The notes beneath the pieces are model-generated. The model was not told where the DNA came from. It was given only the letters and a program-made list of their open reading frames with translations, and searched no databases. A DNA stretch of 64,000 nt from Isurus oxyrinchus (Eukaryota), in the NCBI GenBank assembly GCA_026770705.1, contig JANJGN010000017.1:57598001-57662000 (forward strand), in the 5' to 3' direction. Shown here piece by piece: positions 36,053 to 49,319 of this stretch. The translations under genes and the position numbers were made by a program. Every line of letters starts with the position of its first letter. Positions within the stretch are counted from its first letter, which is position 1.

Positions 36053-36335
36053 CTGATGTTTTGCTGGCAGGCACAGAAAGCAAAGCAGGTCCTGTGAGTT
36101 CCTCAGCTGAGGGAGAATGCAAGCTGACCTTTGAACAGAACATTCCTATTCTTCACTGGTCTTCATAACCAATTCTCCCAGCATACTTATGTTGGTGTTT
36201 TGCAGGTTAGAATAAGCAATGTTAGCTGCTGTGAGGTCTGGGTTACGAGACTGTTAACACTGCTCCTGTTCTAGTTCTAAAAGAAAGAAATACAAAGCTA
36301 TGTTACAACAGTTAGATCACATGTAAAATTAGTTT

Positions 36336-36815
36336 CATAGAAACATAGGAACATGAGACCATTTAGTCCTTTCAGCCTGTTCCGCCTTTCAATGAGATCA
36401 CAGCTGATTTGCAAGCAAACACCATTCACCCACCTTTGCCTCATATTCCTCAATAACTTCAGTTAGCAGAAGTCTATCAATCTCAGCTTTAAATGAACAA
36501 TTAATCTAGCATCAACTGCTATCTGCAAAAGAGAGTTCCAAACTTTCAACTCCTTTTCATGTAGAAGTGTTTCCTAACTTCATTCCTGAAGGAGCTGGCT
36601 CAATTTTTTAGACTCTGTTCCCTAGTCCTTAACTCCCAAACCAGCAAAGTTAGTTGCTCTCTATCTACTTTATCAGTTCCATTGAATATCTCGAAAACAT
36701 CGATCAAATCACCCCTTAATTTTCTAAATTCAAAGGAATATAATCCTAGTTTATGTAATCTCACCTCTAGTTTAACCCTTGAAGTCTAAGTATCTATCAC
36801 ACTGGTAAATTATGC
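36336..36815 (-). mobile_element. CR1 LINE 3' fragment
   Basis: catagaaacatagga tail; colinear with 13050-13540. Confidence 0.8.
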
Positions 36816-37562
36816 TGAAGCTTCACCTTCATAAGTCAAATGAAAGGGGAGAAAAAAGGGGTTTTTGCCAAATCAGAAAGTTAGAAATTATAAAAGATGT
36901 TGCATAATTGGATTTAACCAGTGTGATAATGGAAAATAATGTAAAAAAAAGGTATGGAATACAATCTTTTCTTTGTGACCAGATTAATTTATATTGTAGC
37001 ATGCAGAACAGTTTAGTTTGATATTGCTTTTTAATGCTAAAGGTTAATAAAAGGATAAGAAATTGGGAAAAGCTCTGAATGGCAATTCTGTAGAATTAAT
37101 CATAGAATCAGAAGATATCTGGAAAATTGTGCCTAGAAGAGGAGAATGTAACTGATTACAAAAGTCTATGTTAACTAATGTTAAGTGATCAATTTCTGGA
37201 ATGGTTCCAAATGATCTGAGGGTATGGTTGCTTGACCAGGAATGTAATACCCTAAAGTTATTGAGTAAACAAGCAACTCATTTTGCATCAATGGTCAGAT
37301 TCCTCCCATCAGTCAACCAGGCAGAAACCAGCCTGGCTGCTTATATACCCACAGCTCAGAGATCCAGTACTATTACAAAGAATAGAATTCTATGGGATGT
37401 CACCAGGGATGCTCCAGCTGTAACAAAGTGGGGCAGTGCAGGTGACTGGTCCAAGTGAAGGGTCAAGTCCCAATCAGGAAGGCTGGACTCACTCACGAAG
37501 CATGACACATGATATTGCCCTGTCTGCAAAGCACCCATATAGGGAATATAAAGGCATTTTTC

Positions 37563-37797
37563 TTTTACTCATTCAAGATATGTGGGCATCATTGGCGAGG
37601 CCAGCATTTATCGCCCACCCCTAATTTCCCTTGAGATGCTGGTGGTGAGCTGCCTTCTTGAACTGCGGTCCATATGGTGAAGGTGCTCCCACAGTACTGT
37701 AGGTAGGGAGTTCCAGGATTTTGACCCAGCAACGATGAAGGAACAAAGATATCTTTCCAAGTCAGAATAGTGTGTGACTTGGAGAGAAACTTGGAGC
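37563..37797 (-). mobile_element. CR1/L2-group LINE tail
   Basis: Reverse complement of about 51280-51522. Confidence 0.85.
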
Positions 37798-38815
37798 TTT
37801 GTTTCTGCCTGTCAGTGAATAATACTGAGTGTGAGCAGCCCAGTATGAATGAAGTCTCACTTACCTGCCCCATTTAGCCTATCCCCCTTCTGATCTATCT
37901 CCAATAACAAATATAGAGATGCTATACTGAACATTATAATGAGAACAAAAAAAATCTAAGTTAAATCTTTTGCTCCAAAGCCTACAAAAATAGCTTGAAA
38001 CAAAATTCATAAACACCAGCCTCTTTTAAATGCTAGCTATCTGCCAGTGCAGAACGCCCTCCATACAATGCCCAATTTATATCAGTGACAGTTAACTCAC
38101 AGAGCATTCACAGCGAAAACTATGAGAAATTGTGTGTATGCTGATTTGCAGACCATTATAATCATTTGAATACTGTAAGGAAGTCCCATCTTTTTTCTCA
38201 ACAAGTATTTTGCATACCAATATTGCTCCCCAACCCAGAAATATTTAGCAGATCACATGCCCTAAACCCTGCATTTAAAATGTATATTTTGCAGTTGAGT
38301 GAATTGAGTTCCACTCTCCCATTATAGAGCTGCCCATTCTTGTGTTATTCTTTTGTTCATTCATAATTGTGACTATTTAGTGACTTAGTATTTCAATTCA
38401 AATCGATTTATATTGAGCCTTTAATGTAGGAAATGACTTGGTAGAAAGTAGAAGCAGATGCCAAACGTTAGATGATGAGTTAAAGAAGACAAAAAGCATG
38501 ATTAAAAAAAGAGAAGGGAGCCAGCTGGCATGGTGGGGCAATGCCAGAGAATAGGGCTAAAATCTAAAAGTTCTGTCACCAATGCAGGGAGCAAAACGGG
38601 GCAAAACAAAGGAGGTCACATTTAGTAATTTGTTCATACTAACTATGTACATAGTTATATTTGCTCCCCTTTACCTATTACAGAAAAATTAAGATAGAAT
38701 GATTAATGTTTATAAACAGATGAGATTGATATAATCTCTCATTGCTATTTCACAATTGGTTTGTTTGATTTAAATTTTAAAAGGTTTTGCAAAAACCTCT
38801 ACAGCTAAAAGCGGA

Positions 38816-39467
38816 AATCTGGAACTTGCTGTCAGCAATATCCTTCTCCTCCATAGAGTGTGCTGTTGTAGTCCTCAGAGATGCAATCAGCACATAATCA
38901 GTGATTTGACACAAATTGCAACTTTTTACACACTATTGTCACTGTGAAATCCATTGGAAAAGCTAAGTTTTGTTGAATAAGTTTTTAACAGCGTACCATG
39001 TCATAATTATTGCTGAACAACCTCTCTGGCCCTGACAAACTAATTTTAGAAGCATAGAAGAAGAGTGCATCATTTCCCCTATTCCACGATAAAAATTTCC
39101 ACAGATGCTTAAAATAATAGATTTTTAAAAAAACTTGTTTATGATATTTCATCTTCTACCACAATCCCATGTGAATCTGAATCTTTATTTTGCTCTCTGC
39201 AAAATGATTAAAAACTGAATGATAATCAGTGCTCTTTACTTTCTAGTTTGCTGACTGAGAATTCTTCATTCAGATTGGCTGCTCAGCTGCTAGATGACTT
39301 CACTCTTTCTGGATGCCAGAGATTCCCTATAGATGGCACTAGAGTGAAACTGGTTTTGTAATCGGGAAACCAATGCCACTGAGCCCATTGATTTTTTTTG
39401 TGGTCAGCTTTCTTTGAGGTCAGCAGCAAGCAACATCTCTTTTACTACTATCAGCAACGTCCAGGCC
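38816..39467. mobile_element. Old MITE
   Basis: ctggaacttgctg ... cagcaacgtccaggcc inverted termini. Confidence 0.45.
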
Positions 39468-40458
39468 AACATGTTTTTTCTTATTTAAAATGCAAATATT
39501 TGTGAAACATTAACAATCCGTTTTTCTATTTTCTGAAGTATAATATGCCAGCAATTGATTCAGAGTGATAATAATTTGGCACTTCCCTTATTCTTTATTT
39601 TTTTATCCTTAATATATTTGTAATTATTTATATGTCACTGCAGCATATTGGCATTGTTCCCTGGAGTACAGAAGTTAAAGGAGTTAATGTCAATTCACTA
39701 AAAAGCAAAATTGATTTTGCATCAAGTGTTCTATGCCAAATCCTCTAATTAATGATAATTTAAGAAATAATTATTTCACACTTATAGAATTGTTAGCTTA
39801 GTATTTTGCTATTTGTGTCAATGAATATAGACTCAGCTGAAAATAAGGTGCTAACTAACTGATGCTTTCAGCAGAGGAAAGAGAAAATTAAATTGATTTA
39901 TTCAACTGTCATCTAAATAATCAGATTATATGGGTTTGTTTTTAAAATAGGAAGGAGCACTGTCAGTAACAGGGTGAGCTAGATGGGCTAACTTACCTTT
40001 ATGCATTCTTACCTTCTTTATTAGTTAAATCAGCACTTTGCCTGGATTTACTTCCAGTCAATTATTCCAGTTATGTAAAATTTCAAAGTCATATCCCACA
40101 TCAGGAGTGAAAGTCATGCAAAATGATTTGAAGATAAAAATATGTAGGGAAGATATCACCAAGAGTGTGAACAAATGTTGGTTACATTGGAGTTTTAGAA
40201 TATTGTATAAGTCAGTAAAGCAGGTCTGACAAAGAAACTGAAATCAATTAGGATAAATATACCAAACTTGTGTTCTCAATCAGAGACAAACTCGAAAAGA
40301 GTGAAAGTTAAAGATCTGCCATTATAGTATTGTGGGCCTATCTCCAAGCTGTGCTCCCTTCAAGTTGGGAGTGCAGCACCAGTGAAGTCACCTTTAAATA
40401 TCTACAAAGTGTCTACATCAGGTAAAATACACTCTAAAGTTTTCTGTGAAGAGATACA

Positions 40459-41059
40459 GAATGGGATTTTATAGTCCCAAAAGTGGGTGGGCAGGGATGG
40501 GGGTGGCTTTGAAATCAGATGCCAAGGTGACAGCAATGCCATACCCGGCACCTACCTACCTCTGCAGCTATTTTATTAGTGGCAGGAGGTATCAACACCA
40601 TGTAGTGAGGCCACCAGAAACCTGGCAGCCATTTTGCGGGCTGGGGGAACAGAGATGGTTGCCTCTTGGTTGAGCACCCTGTACCCAAATGAGGCCAACA
40701 CCTACAATACTCCCCCACCCCGCATGTTCCCCCACCACCCCATCCCCAGATTCGCCAGGGTCTGCCAACCTAGCCCCACAAAACTCAGGATTTACGTCAG
40801 TATCAAGATCCATGGCTTCTCCTTGATGGGTACTACTTGTAGTCCCAACAGTGGCCATTGCACCTGAAGGCACTGTTGGAACTAGAGAACTGCCAGCCAC
40901 CAGATGAGCCAGCAGCACTAGAAGGTGGGACTTCCTCCCAGATGGGGTGGAAGTCTCACCCTAAGCCAATTAATGGCACCGCTGCAGGGTGACCTGAGTT
41001 CACCCCCAACTTTTCAGCTGTGGGAGGTGAGGCCACTGCCTCTGTATAAAATTCCAGCC
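40459..41059. mobile_element. Harbinger-type MITE
   Basis: tgggattttata ... tataaaattccagcc termini. Confidence 0.65.
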
Positions 41060-41069
41060 ATGTTTCTAG

Positions 41070-41714
41070 GGGCTGAATTTTCCCCCCGTTTGGGGGGAGG
41101 TTGATGGGCGCACCGCCATTTTACGTGGGCAGGCCAATTAAGGCCCGCCCAGCGTGATGTATGCATAGAAGCGCTATGCGTTCCCCGTGCAGGCGGTGGG
41201 GGGGAGGTGGGGAATCCCAAAATTGAGAATATATTCTTTTGCGCATGCACACGAAAGAGCTCACTCATCTCCCTGAGGATAGGTGCTGCCTCAGGGAGAT
41301 TGGCTGTACATGAAAAAAAGATAAAAATTGAAAAATAAAATTTCCCTTACATGACCCCTCATGTGACAATGTCATGTACATAATTTTTACAAAATCTTTA
41401 TTAAAATTTTTTAAAGCCTACATGAAACCTCATCCCGCCCATGGATGAGGTTTCATGCTTTTTCTAGTTGCCGCTGGGGCTCCTGGCCTGCCCGCCAACC
41501 TTAAGGTTGGAAGGGCAGGTCCTTTAATTATTTAGTTGACCCAGTCAATGGCCTCATGGCCACTGACAGTCGGTGGGCACACAGCTGATTTCGCTGCGCT
41601 CCCGCCTTCCTGAAAATTTAAATCAAGCATGGTTCCCTCTGATGTCATTGTGCATCATTTTATGCGTCGGCGAGTGGGCCCCACCTCCGCTCGCCGACTC
41701 GTAAAATTCTACCC
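41070..41714. mobile_element. Harbinger-type MITE (palindrome-rich family)
   Basis: GGGCTGAATTTT / AAAATTCTACCC; perfect TAG TSD; opposite orientation to 19280-19984. Confidence 0.92.
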
Positions 41715-41744
41715 TAGGATTTTAAGAAAGTGTTTCACAAAGCA

Positions 41745-42540
41745 CCAGATCAAATGCTGGTTCACAAAATTGATACTCATAAAATACAATAGTCAGAGAA
41801 AGCTTGTTTAAAAAAATTGGCTTAAGGACAGAAAACAGGGAGTCGTGGTAAATGCTTGTTGATTTAGGCTGAAGGATTGTAGACAGTAGTTTAGTATTAG
41901 GGCCACAGTTCTTTTTGATATATGTAAATGACTTGAATGTTGGAATATAGAGTATAATTTCAAAATTTGCAGATGATATCAAACTTGGATGTGTGGCAAA
42001 GTGAGGGTGGTATTAATCGACTGCCAGAGGACATAGATAGTCTAGCAGAATGGGCAGACAAGTGGCAGATGGAATCTAATACAGAGAAGTGTGAGATGTT
42101 GCATTTTGACCTAAGGGATAGGGATGGGCAATATATACTTAATGGCACATTTCTAAAGAGCCGACATGAAAGAGGGGCCTGGGCTGTTCATGCGCATAGA
42201 TTTTTAAAGGTGGCAGGGCATAGTTAGAGATCAGTTAGAAAAGCTTATGGGATCCTAGACTTCAAAAATAGAGATATTGAGCAAAAAAGCAGGAAAGTTA
42301 TGCTGAACCTAGATAAAGTTCTGGTTGGGCCTTGACTAGAGTATTGTGTCCAATTCTCATCATCATATTTTAGGAAGGACGTGAAGGTCCTTGAGAGGGT
42401 CAGAGTGGATTTACTAGAATTGTTCAAGGGATGAAGGAATTGGCTACAAGGTTGTGTTGAAAAAGCAGGGGTGTTCCTTGGAGCAAAGGAGGTTGAGGGG
42501 AGATCTGATAAAGGTGTATAAGGTTATGACAGCTTTAGAT
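41745..42540 (+). mobile_element. CR1 LINE ORF2 reverse-transcriptase fragment
   Basis: WLKDRKQGVVVN, FLIYVNDL, ISKFADDIKL, EWADKWQMESNTEKCEMLHF, SLEQRRLRGDLIKVYK. Confidence 0.9.
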
Positions 42541-43475
42541 AGCAGCTGCAACTGCAATCTTATGCATAAAAAAAGGCCTGATTTCAAAGTCCAGTATCTG
42601 TATCGGTCATCCGTTTGCAATAAGAGTCGTATATCCTTGCCAAGAAGGATTCCTCCAAGTTGTTCTACCAATGTCACCTGCTGTGACTGGCAACTCATTT
42701 ACATGCGAAAATAAAAATACATCCTCCCTGTTGGACTTTAACTCTGATGGGTATGGTGATCTAGACATCGCATTGGCATTATAATGACCTTCTGATCATC
42801 TGTATTGAATGCTGTACTGATAAGCAGACAAAAATCAAAGCCCATCTCTGCATTCAGCTGCAGCCAAAATGGGTATTGGAGACTTTGGATTCAAAAAAGC
42901 CGTCAGTGGCTTATGGTCAGTTTTGATTGTGAAATTACAACCATACAGGTATTTATGAACTCTTCTTATTCCAAAGATCTAAGACAATGCTTCACTATTT
43001 GAGCATAATTCAGTTCAGTGGCACTGAGGACCATGAGGCAAATGCAATGGTCTCTCCTCACCATTACGCAACACATGAGAGATCACAGCACATACTCCAT
43101 GTGGAGAGGCATCATATGCTAGCTTAATCTTTTTGAATATATCATAACGTACAAACATTATACTATCCGCCAATTTACTTTTACACCACTGGAATGCCTT
43201 GTCCCACTCCCTTGTCCAAATTCACAGAACAGCCTTCCTCAAGGGTTCATCCAATGGATGCAATAAGGTTGCCAAGTTTGATATGAATTTACCATAATAA
43301 TTCACTAAGCCCAAAAAAAATCTGATCTCAGAGGTATTCTGAGAATATGATGCATTTCCTATTGCTTAAACCTTACTCTTGGTAGAATGCAATCCATCTT
43401 TGTCTACCTGGTGACACAAATATTCCACAGAGTTTTGAAACATTGCACACTTGTGTGCCTTCACTCGAACTCTAT

Positions 43476-44167
43476 GGACCGTAACTTCCGAGTTCCCCAG
43501 CATCATTCTAGGCAGGAAGGATACCCCAAAGATGTGCTGGGGAATCCCCTTTGGAAATTCCCAGGTAAAGTTTGCACAACAATTGCCCAGAAGTGCAAAC
43601 TTCCCTTGGGAAATTGCCCTGCACTGGGAACCATTTAAAAATGCGATTTAAAATGCAAACTGCACATGGTTACGACTGGATTACATCAATAGTTGACCCA
43701 GAAAAAAATGAGAGAATTGAGAAAAACCACTTCTAACTTCTAGGTAACTATTGTACAGACCCAGAGGACACAGCCACATCACCGACAATCCCTTCCATAG
43801 GACTCCCCCACCCCAACCCCTGACTATCCCTTCCACGGGACTCAGCTCACCCCCAAGGGTGACAAGAACAACCCCGACAGGAACTTCCCAACCCACAGGA
43901 TTCATCATGGGGACTCTTCCACCCTATGCCCCCCACACCTGAGCCCAATACTCACCCTCACCCTGAAGTTCCATAAAAACGGGAGTGTGGCCTCCTTCTC
44001 TTTGACTCAGCTGAACTTTGGCATTAGGCCCCGGAGCGCCCTGCACTGCCTGGATCCCACCCGACCTGAGTTGAAAGGTCAGGCAAGATAGGATCTAATA
44101 GAAACTAAGAATTTGGACAGGGAGTGGCATACCAATGCTGATTGCCTCTCTGAGGAAGTTCAGGCCC
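43476..44167. mobile_element. MITE inserted in Gypsy RT
   Basis: ggaccgtaacttcc / ggaagttcaggccc; flanks TAT/CAT; removal restores LEKH(G/R)VRVKAHKC. Confidence 0.8.
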
Positions 44168-44352
44168 CATGTTTTTCCAAAGATTGGGGCAACTTATTCA
44201 GCCAGTCATCCATTTGGAGCTGAAATAACTATGTCATCCAAATAGCACACTACTCCCTGAATTCCTTGTCAAATTTGATTCATTACCCCTTGGAAAATTC
44301 TGGGGGTTTAAGAAACACCAAACGGCAGCCTATGAAACTGAAATAGGCCCAT

Positions 44353-44915
44353 GGGCTGAATTATTTGCTGAACAGGCGGGTGCGGGCCCGACCCACACTT
44401 AAGCATAAAATGGTGCATGATGATGCCAGGCAATATCCCAACATCATCGCGCACTCGTGCGATATTTCGGCTGACAATTAAAAGGCCTATTAAAACCATT
44501 AACAATGTAATTAAATGTTATTTTTCGCTGCCCGTCCACCTTACGATTGGTGGGCAGGCAAAAAGGCCAAGTGGCCTTTGCATTTTTTAGGAAAACTCAT
44601 CCATGGGCAGGAAGAGGTTTCCAACAACAAATAAAAATTTTAAAAATGTAATTAATAACATTTCCCTGCTCATGTGACAGAGTCACATGAGCGGGGACAT
44701 ATTTCATAGCCTTTTAGAAACCCTTATGTTATATTTTGAAACATGTTCATCTCCCTGAGGCAGCTCTGTGCCTCAGGGAGATTTATAAGCACACACTCAT
44801 GCGCATACGTGAAGTGTGCACTCGCCCTCCTTACCCCTTAATTGGCCCACCAGCATAAAGTGCAGTCTGGACCCAATCAGGTCCGAGCCATCCCAAAGAG
44901 GGAAAAATCCTCCCC
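44353..44915. mobile_element. Harbinger-type MITE (palindrome-rich family) inserted in Gypsy RT
   Basis: CAT TSD; removal restores MNAHMGLFQFHRLPFG. Confidence 0.9.
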
Positions 44916-46748
44916 CATGTGCGCATTCATCGTCAAATATGACTTAGACTCATATTCTAATTCAAGTTGCAGATAGGCATTTGTTAGATCTAACTTTGAA
45001 AAAATCTGGCCTCCTGACAACATTGTGAACAGATCCTCCATGTTTGGCAAAGTATCGGGTGGATCACGTTCTCTGGTTTATGGTTACCTTATAGCCCCCA
45101 CATATTCTTAAACTACCATTTGACTTTGGTGCTACCACAATGGGAGTAGTCCTATTAATCTGTTCTACTTTAGAGATAATAGTCTCAAGCGTTCTCAGTT
45201 CTTCTCTATTTTCTCCCTTAGAACATAGAGCATTGGATGGGGCCTACAATAAACAGGTCTTGCATTCCTCTAGACCTGTACATTGGCCTTATATCCTTGA
45301 ATCAGTTTGCTGGTTTCACTAGACATCTGAGGGTACTAGGCGATCATGTCATCTTGCATTGTGAATTTTGCCTCTACTTGAAAATGCTCACCCCAATTGA
45401 ACATAAGTGCTGTTAACAAGTTCCTTCCTAACAAGGCTGGTTTTTCACTCTTCACTACAATGGCAGGCAATTTTGCACACTGCTCCTTGTATGTGACTGG
45501 AGCCAACATAGTTCCCATTATGGAAATTTTCCCTCCATAACTTTATAATTCTATGCATGATTTCTTCAGCAAAGGCCAACTTAACTTTTGGTGGTATAGC
45601 AATTCAGGGATCACACTGATGTCTCCATGTCAACCTCCATGTTTACTGGAGATCCATCCAACTCTACTTAGACTACAATGCTCCGCAAATTTCCACTAGA
45701 TATCCTCGTGCTTCAGATTGTATGGGTTTCAACTGACTCATCATCTACCTGTTCCTGCTCGACAACTGGTATGCATTTACTGCCATTTCCTCCAGCCAGC
45801 ATTTTCTCCATTTACATTCTTTCGACATGCCACGGCAAAATTACTCTTCTTCTTACACCTGTAAGACTCTGCCTTCACAAATGGACAATGGCCTAAGCAC
45901 TGGTAACGGGACTTTTTAGTACCTCTGCTGCTGCTTATTACTGTTGTTAGGGCCTTCTGCTTACACAGCTACAGTTTATTTGCTTCAACAGGCAACTAGC
46001 AGTTGTTAACTCTGACTTCTCTTGAGTCATGTTCCACTATATCCGTGGACAATGCTGTTTGGCAAGTTATGTTGAAAGTTAACTTTCACAACGTTAGCAA
46101 CTTACTGTGAATGCATTCACTTTTTAAACTGCAATTAAATCTGTCCTGCAATGCTCTCTCTTGAAATTCTCCAAACTTACAACATGGACAGTTTTTACAA
46201 AACCACAATAAAATCTCTTAATGTCCTCATTTGGCAACTGATTCATGTTTCCAAACAGATAGCTTTTAGCAATCTCCAATGGCTTAGGACTGCAGTGCTG
46301 CTCAAGCTTACACAAAATGTCCGACAGCAGCGTGTCTTTTGACTAAGCAGGGATGAGCAAATTCTTGAGTGCTTCATATACTTCTGGGCTTGTTTCAGTC
46401 AGAAATATCACCCTTTTCCTTTCCTCCACTGCCTGATTAAAAGATGAATTATCAGAATCTTATTTGGAAATTACTAGCAGATGAGAAACACCTTGAGCCA
46501 CTTCACATATGGACTAAAAGACTCTCGTCATGGCTATATTCTCCCAGATGCTCAATAATACCTGTTGACACAGCTATCTTTGAAAGTCAGTCCACCCACA
46601 TGTACAAACAACCTTTTCACTAAGACTGGGTTTTGAAAGCTATTTCTCAGCATAAAAAACACCTCACAATTCCTCTACTGGTTTACTGGAAACTTCTCCA
46701 ACCAAATTTTTTTTCAGCTAGGGACATCCACCTACTTTGTTGGCAGAT

Positions 46749-46888
46749 TGTGATATCTTTGCAGTACAGAAAAGAGACAGTGTGCCACATGTAAAGTGAA
46801 GTGCGAACTGAAAACTAGTTTATTCAGGTTTGACTATATATACATATGTTCACAAATAGCCACAAGAGGGTGCTATTACACTATTACA
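46749..46888 (-). mobile_element. Short putative 5' LTR of the Gypsy remnant
   Basis: TGTGAT ... ATTACA termini, minus-strand AATAAA, immediately upstream of gag. Confidence 0.55.
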
Positions 46889-46959
46889 ATTTCCATGCCA
46901 GAGACTTTTAAAGAAGACAAAGAAATTAATGACAAATTAGCTAGCAAATTGAACAATTG

Positions 46960-47900
46960 TTTATCAATAGATAACAAATGGTGGTAAGAAATGGACACGG
47001 CTATTTCCATATAGTGACAATGACTATTGCTGTTTAGCAGAGATCTGTTATAGTTACCTGCTATTTATATAATTCAAAAGGATTTGAAGAAGGATACTTA
47101 TATTAATATCAAATTTGCAGGTGACACCAAGGAAATGTACAGGTGATCAATGTAAGACTACTGTCTAATAATTGTTCTGAAAAGAATGGCAGATGCACAA
47201 AGGAATATGGAAAAATGTAATATAATTCACAAAGGGTATACATATTTGAAATTCTTTATATCAAGTAAGTGCATCAGCTTAAAAAGTGAAAAAAGAAAAT
47301 AATATTTGACTGCGATCATCAGCCATTGAATGAAAGTACTGGACAATGGGAGATGGCTGTCAATAAAACTAATAACTTTTGAGTGAATTTCAAAGGCATT
47401 TGATTTAAAAGTAATTTTAAGTCTATATGTTTGATTAATAAACCCATCTTTAGAATAAGGAGCACACTTTTTGAAGACGTTGATAAACACAAGGATGGAA
47501 AGAGTGATTTAGGGATACTACAAACACATTCACAGAGCAAAATATGTTTATAGTGGAGGAATATAGATGAAGGTGGAAAATATGATTTTAAGTTTTTACA
47601 ATGCTAGATGGCACACTTAATGTGGATATTAACAGCTTAACCAAGGGACGTGAGTAAAAAATTTGCAAGCCTCGAGCAAAACCAGAAATTGGAAAAATAT
47701 TTCCATGTTGAACAGTAGCTAAATTGAATTGATTCCCAGTTAACACTATGTCAATTAATTCCTATAAAAGGAGTAGGACAAATGTCTGCCTAAGAATAGG
47801 ATTAGAGGCTAAAATAATAAGTATAGGCAAAAGTTCTTGTTCTACATATGTGATGGCTTTAGTCCTGCTGAAGCCATGGAATTGTCATCTGTGGTGTGCA
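46960..47900 (+). mobile_element. Highly degraded CR1 LINE remnants
   Basis: atatcaaatttgcaggtgacaccaa (SKFAxDTK), gaatggcagatg, accaagggac, CR1-like tail near 47850-47880. Confidence 0.45.
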
Positions 47901-48693
47901 GATGTTCAGGCTAAATGTAGATTGTAATGTTAGACACGCTGAAGATTTTGCTCAATTATTTTTGGGGATTAGGAAAAGATTTTGCAATTTTATCTTTTTG
48001 AAGTTCTACTTGTGGTTACACAACTTTCTTAGAAGACAGGAAAATTTTGAGTAAAGAGCATAACAATGCAAGTTGTGCATGAGACAGAAGGATTAGGCTT
48101 GATGAGCTGAATTAATTTTTTTGTTTCACCATTTTTTATAGTCTTACAAAACCTTTGATTGAACATAAGCAATTGGACAACTTCATCCAGCTCATAAAGC
48201 TTTCTTTTCCATTATTTAGAATAGTCAGTCCTGCTTCTTACAGATAAGTTAAAATGTTTGATCCAGCCTACAATGTGTTCACTTGTTGTTCATTATAGTA
48301 CTCCCATTAGGCTTGGCATGAGATATAAAGGAAAAAATTGCAAGGCTCTATTCTAATGTCGAATGAGAGTCTCACTAAATGGAAGCATGAGTTTGAGATA
48401 AAGTTAGATAATTGCAATTCTGATTCCGTGCTTATGTCTGGTGAGACTCCTTGCTTGTGTCCAGCAAAGTTCTGCATGTAACAATTAGCTACACATATAA
48501 TGACTGCGTGCATCTTAACTATTGTCCAAATTAAGCTTATAGTCAGGCTACGAAATATGCTGCTCCATTTAAAAATACTACTGGACCTGAATTCATCACA
48601 TATTGAGCCAGTGTTATTATAAAGAAGCATGCATTCTGTTATAGAAGTCAAAGATTTTGTATCATTCTGCAAGAGGATTTAGAAATTAGCAAG

Positions 48694-49106
48694 TGTTATG
48701 ACCGCAGCTGATGTTATTCGCTGAGTAAGCCAAATCTTCCTATTGCCTCCACTTGCAGGTAAAATAAAATTTAACAACCTCTCCTTGTTTACCTATGAAA
48801 TCTGTGTAAGTTGTAAAAGTCCATTGTTATTTCTAAACTCTCTTTGAAACTTAACAGCTGAAAAGTCAAGTTCACACTTATAATAAAAATTTCACACCCA
48901 ACCTTTTTACTGGTATATTCAACTTCACCATAGCTTCTCATTACAAATGCATGCATCTAGCTCCTTTGTCATTCATCTCGCTGCTCCCACAGACAAGCTG
49001 TCGTTACTAACCTTCCCCCAGTTTAATTGCACACACATACATTCACAGCCTTCTTTACAGAATACCACCATACTCCCAAAAATATTTTTAAAAATCCATC
49101 TTCACA
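48694..49106 (-). repeat. 3' LTR (internally deleted, 413 bp)
   Basis: TGTTATG ... CTTCACA; adjacent cctccctc is the minus-strand PPT gagggagg. Confidence 0.9.
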
Positions 49107-49319
49107 CCTCCCTCAGTGGAAAAAATGAAATGTCATATTTCAAAAAGATGTTTTCATTTTCTCGACCCATTTCATATTACTTATTATACTTATCAAAAAA
49201 ACTTACACTATGGTGTACATGTATCAACCATGAAAATATATACAATCCTTTTGTAAGAATTAAGTTCATTCCAGTTCATTCTCAATTCCCCAACATCCAA
49301 GTCCTTTTGAACTTAAGCT

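Larger units (their letters stand above)
42545..46748 (-). pseudogene. Ty3/Gypsy gag-PR-RT-RNase H remnant, 3' truncated
   Basis: EQHCSPKPLEIA (gag), KPALLGRNLL (PR), FSKLDLTNAYLQ, MGLFQFHRLPFGVS, YLDDIV, FLGLVNYYGKFI. Confidence 0.85.

Noticed and set aside
39894-39911. PBX-HOX (TGATTTAT) next to MEIS (CTGTCA) motif
   Set aside because: Short motifs expected by chance and the region appears to be a decayed CR1 3' end
48307-48672. 121-aa ORF or internal exon (ccattag ... ctg|gtgaga)
   Set aside because: No recognisable motif; the candidate plus-strand exon has stops in all three frames
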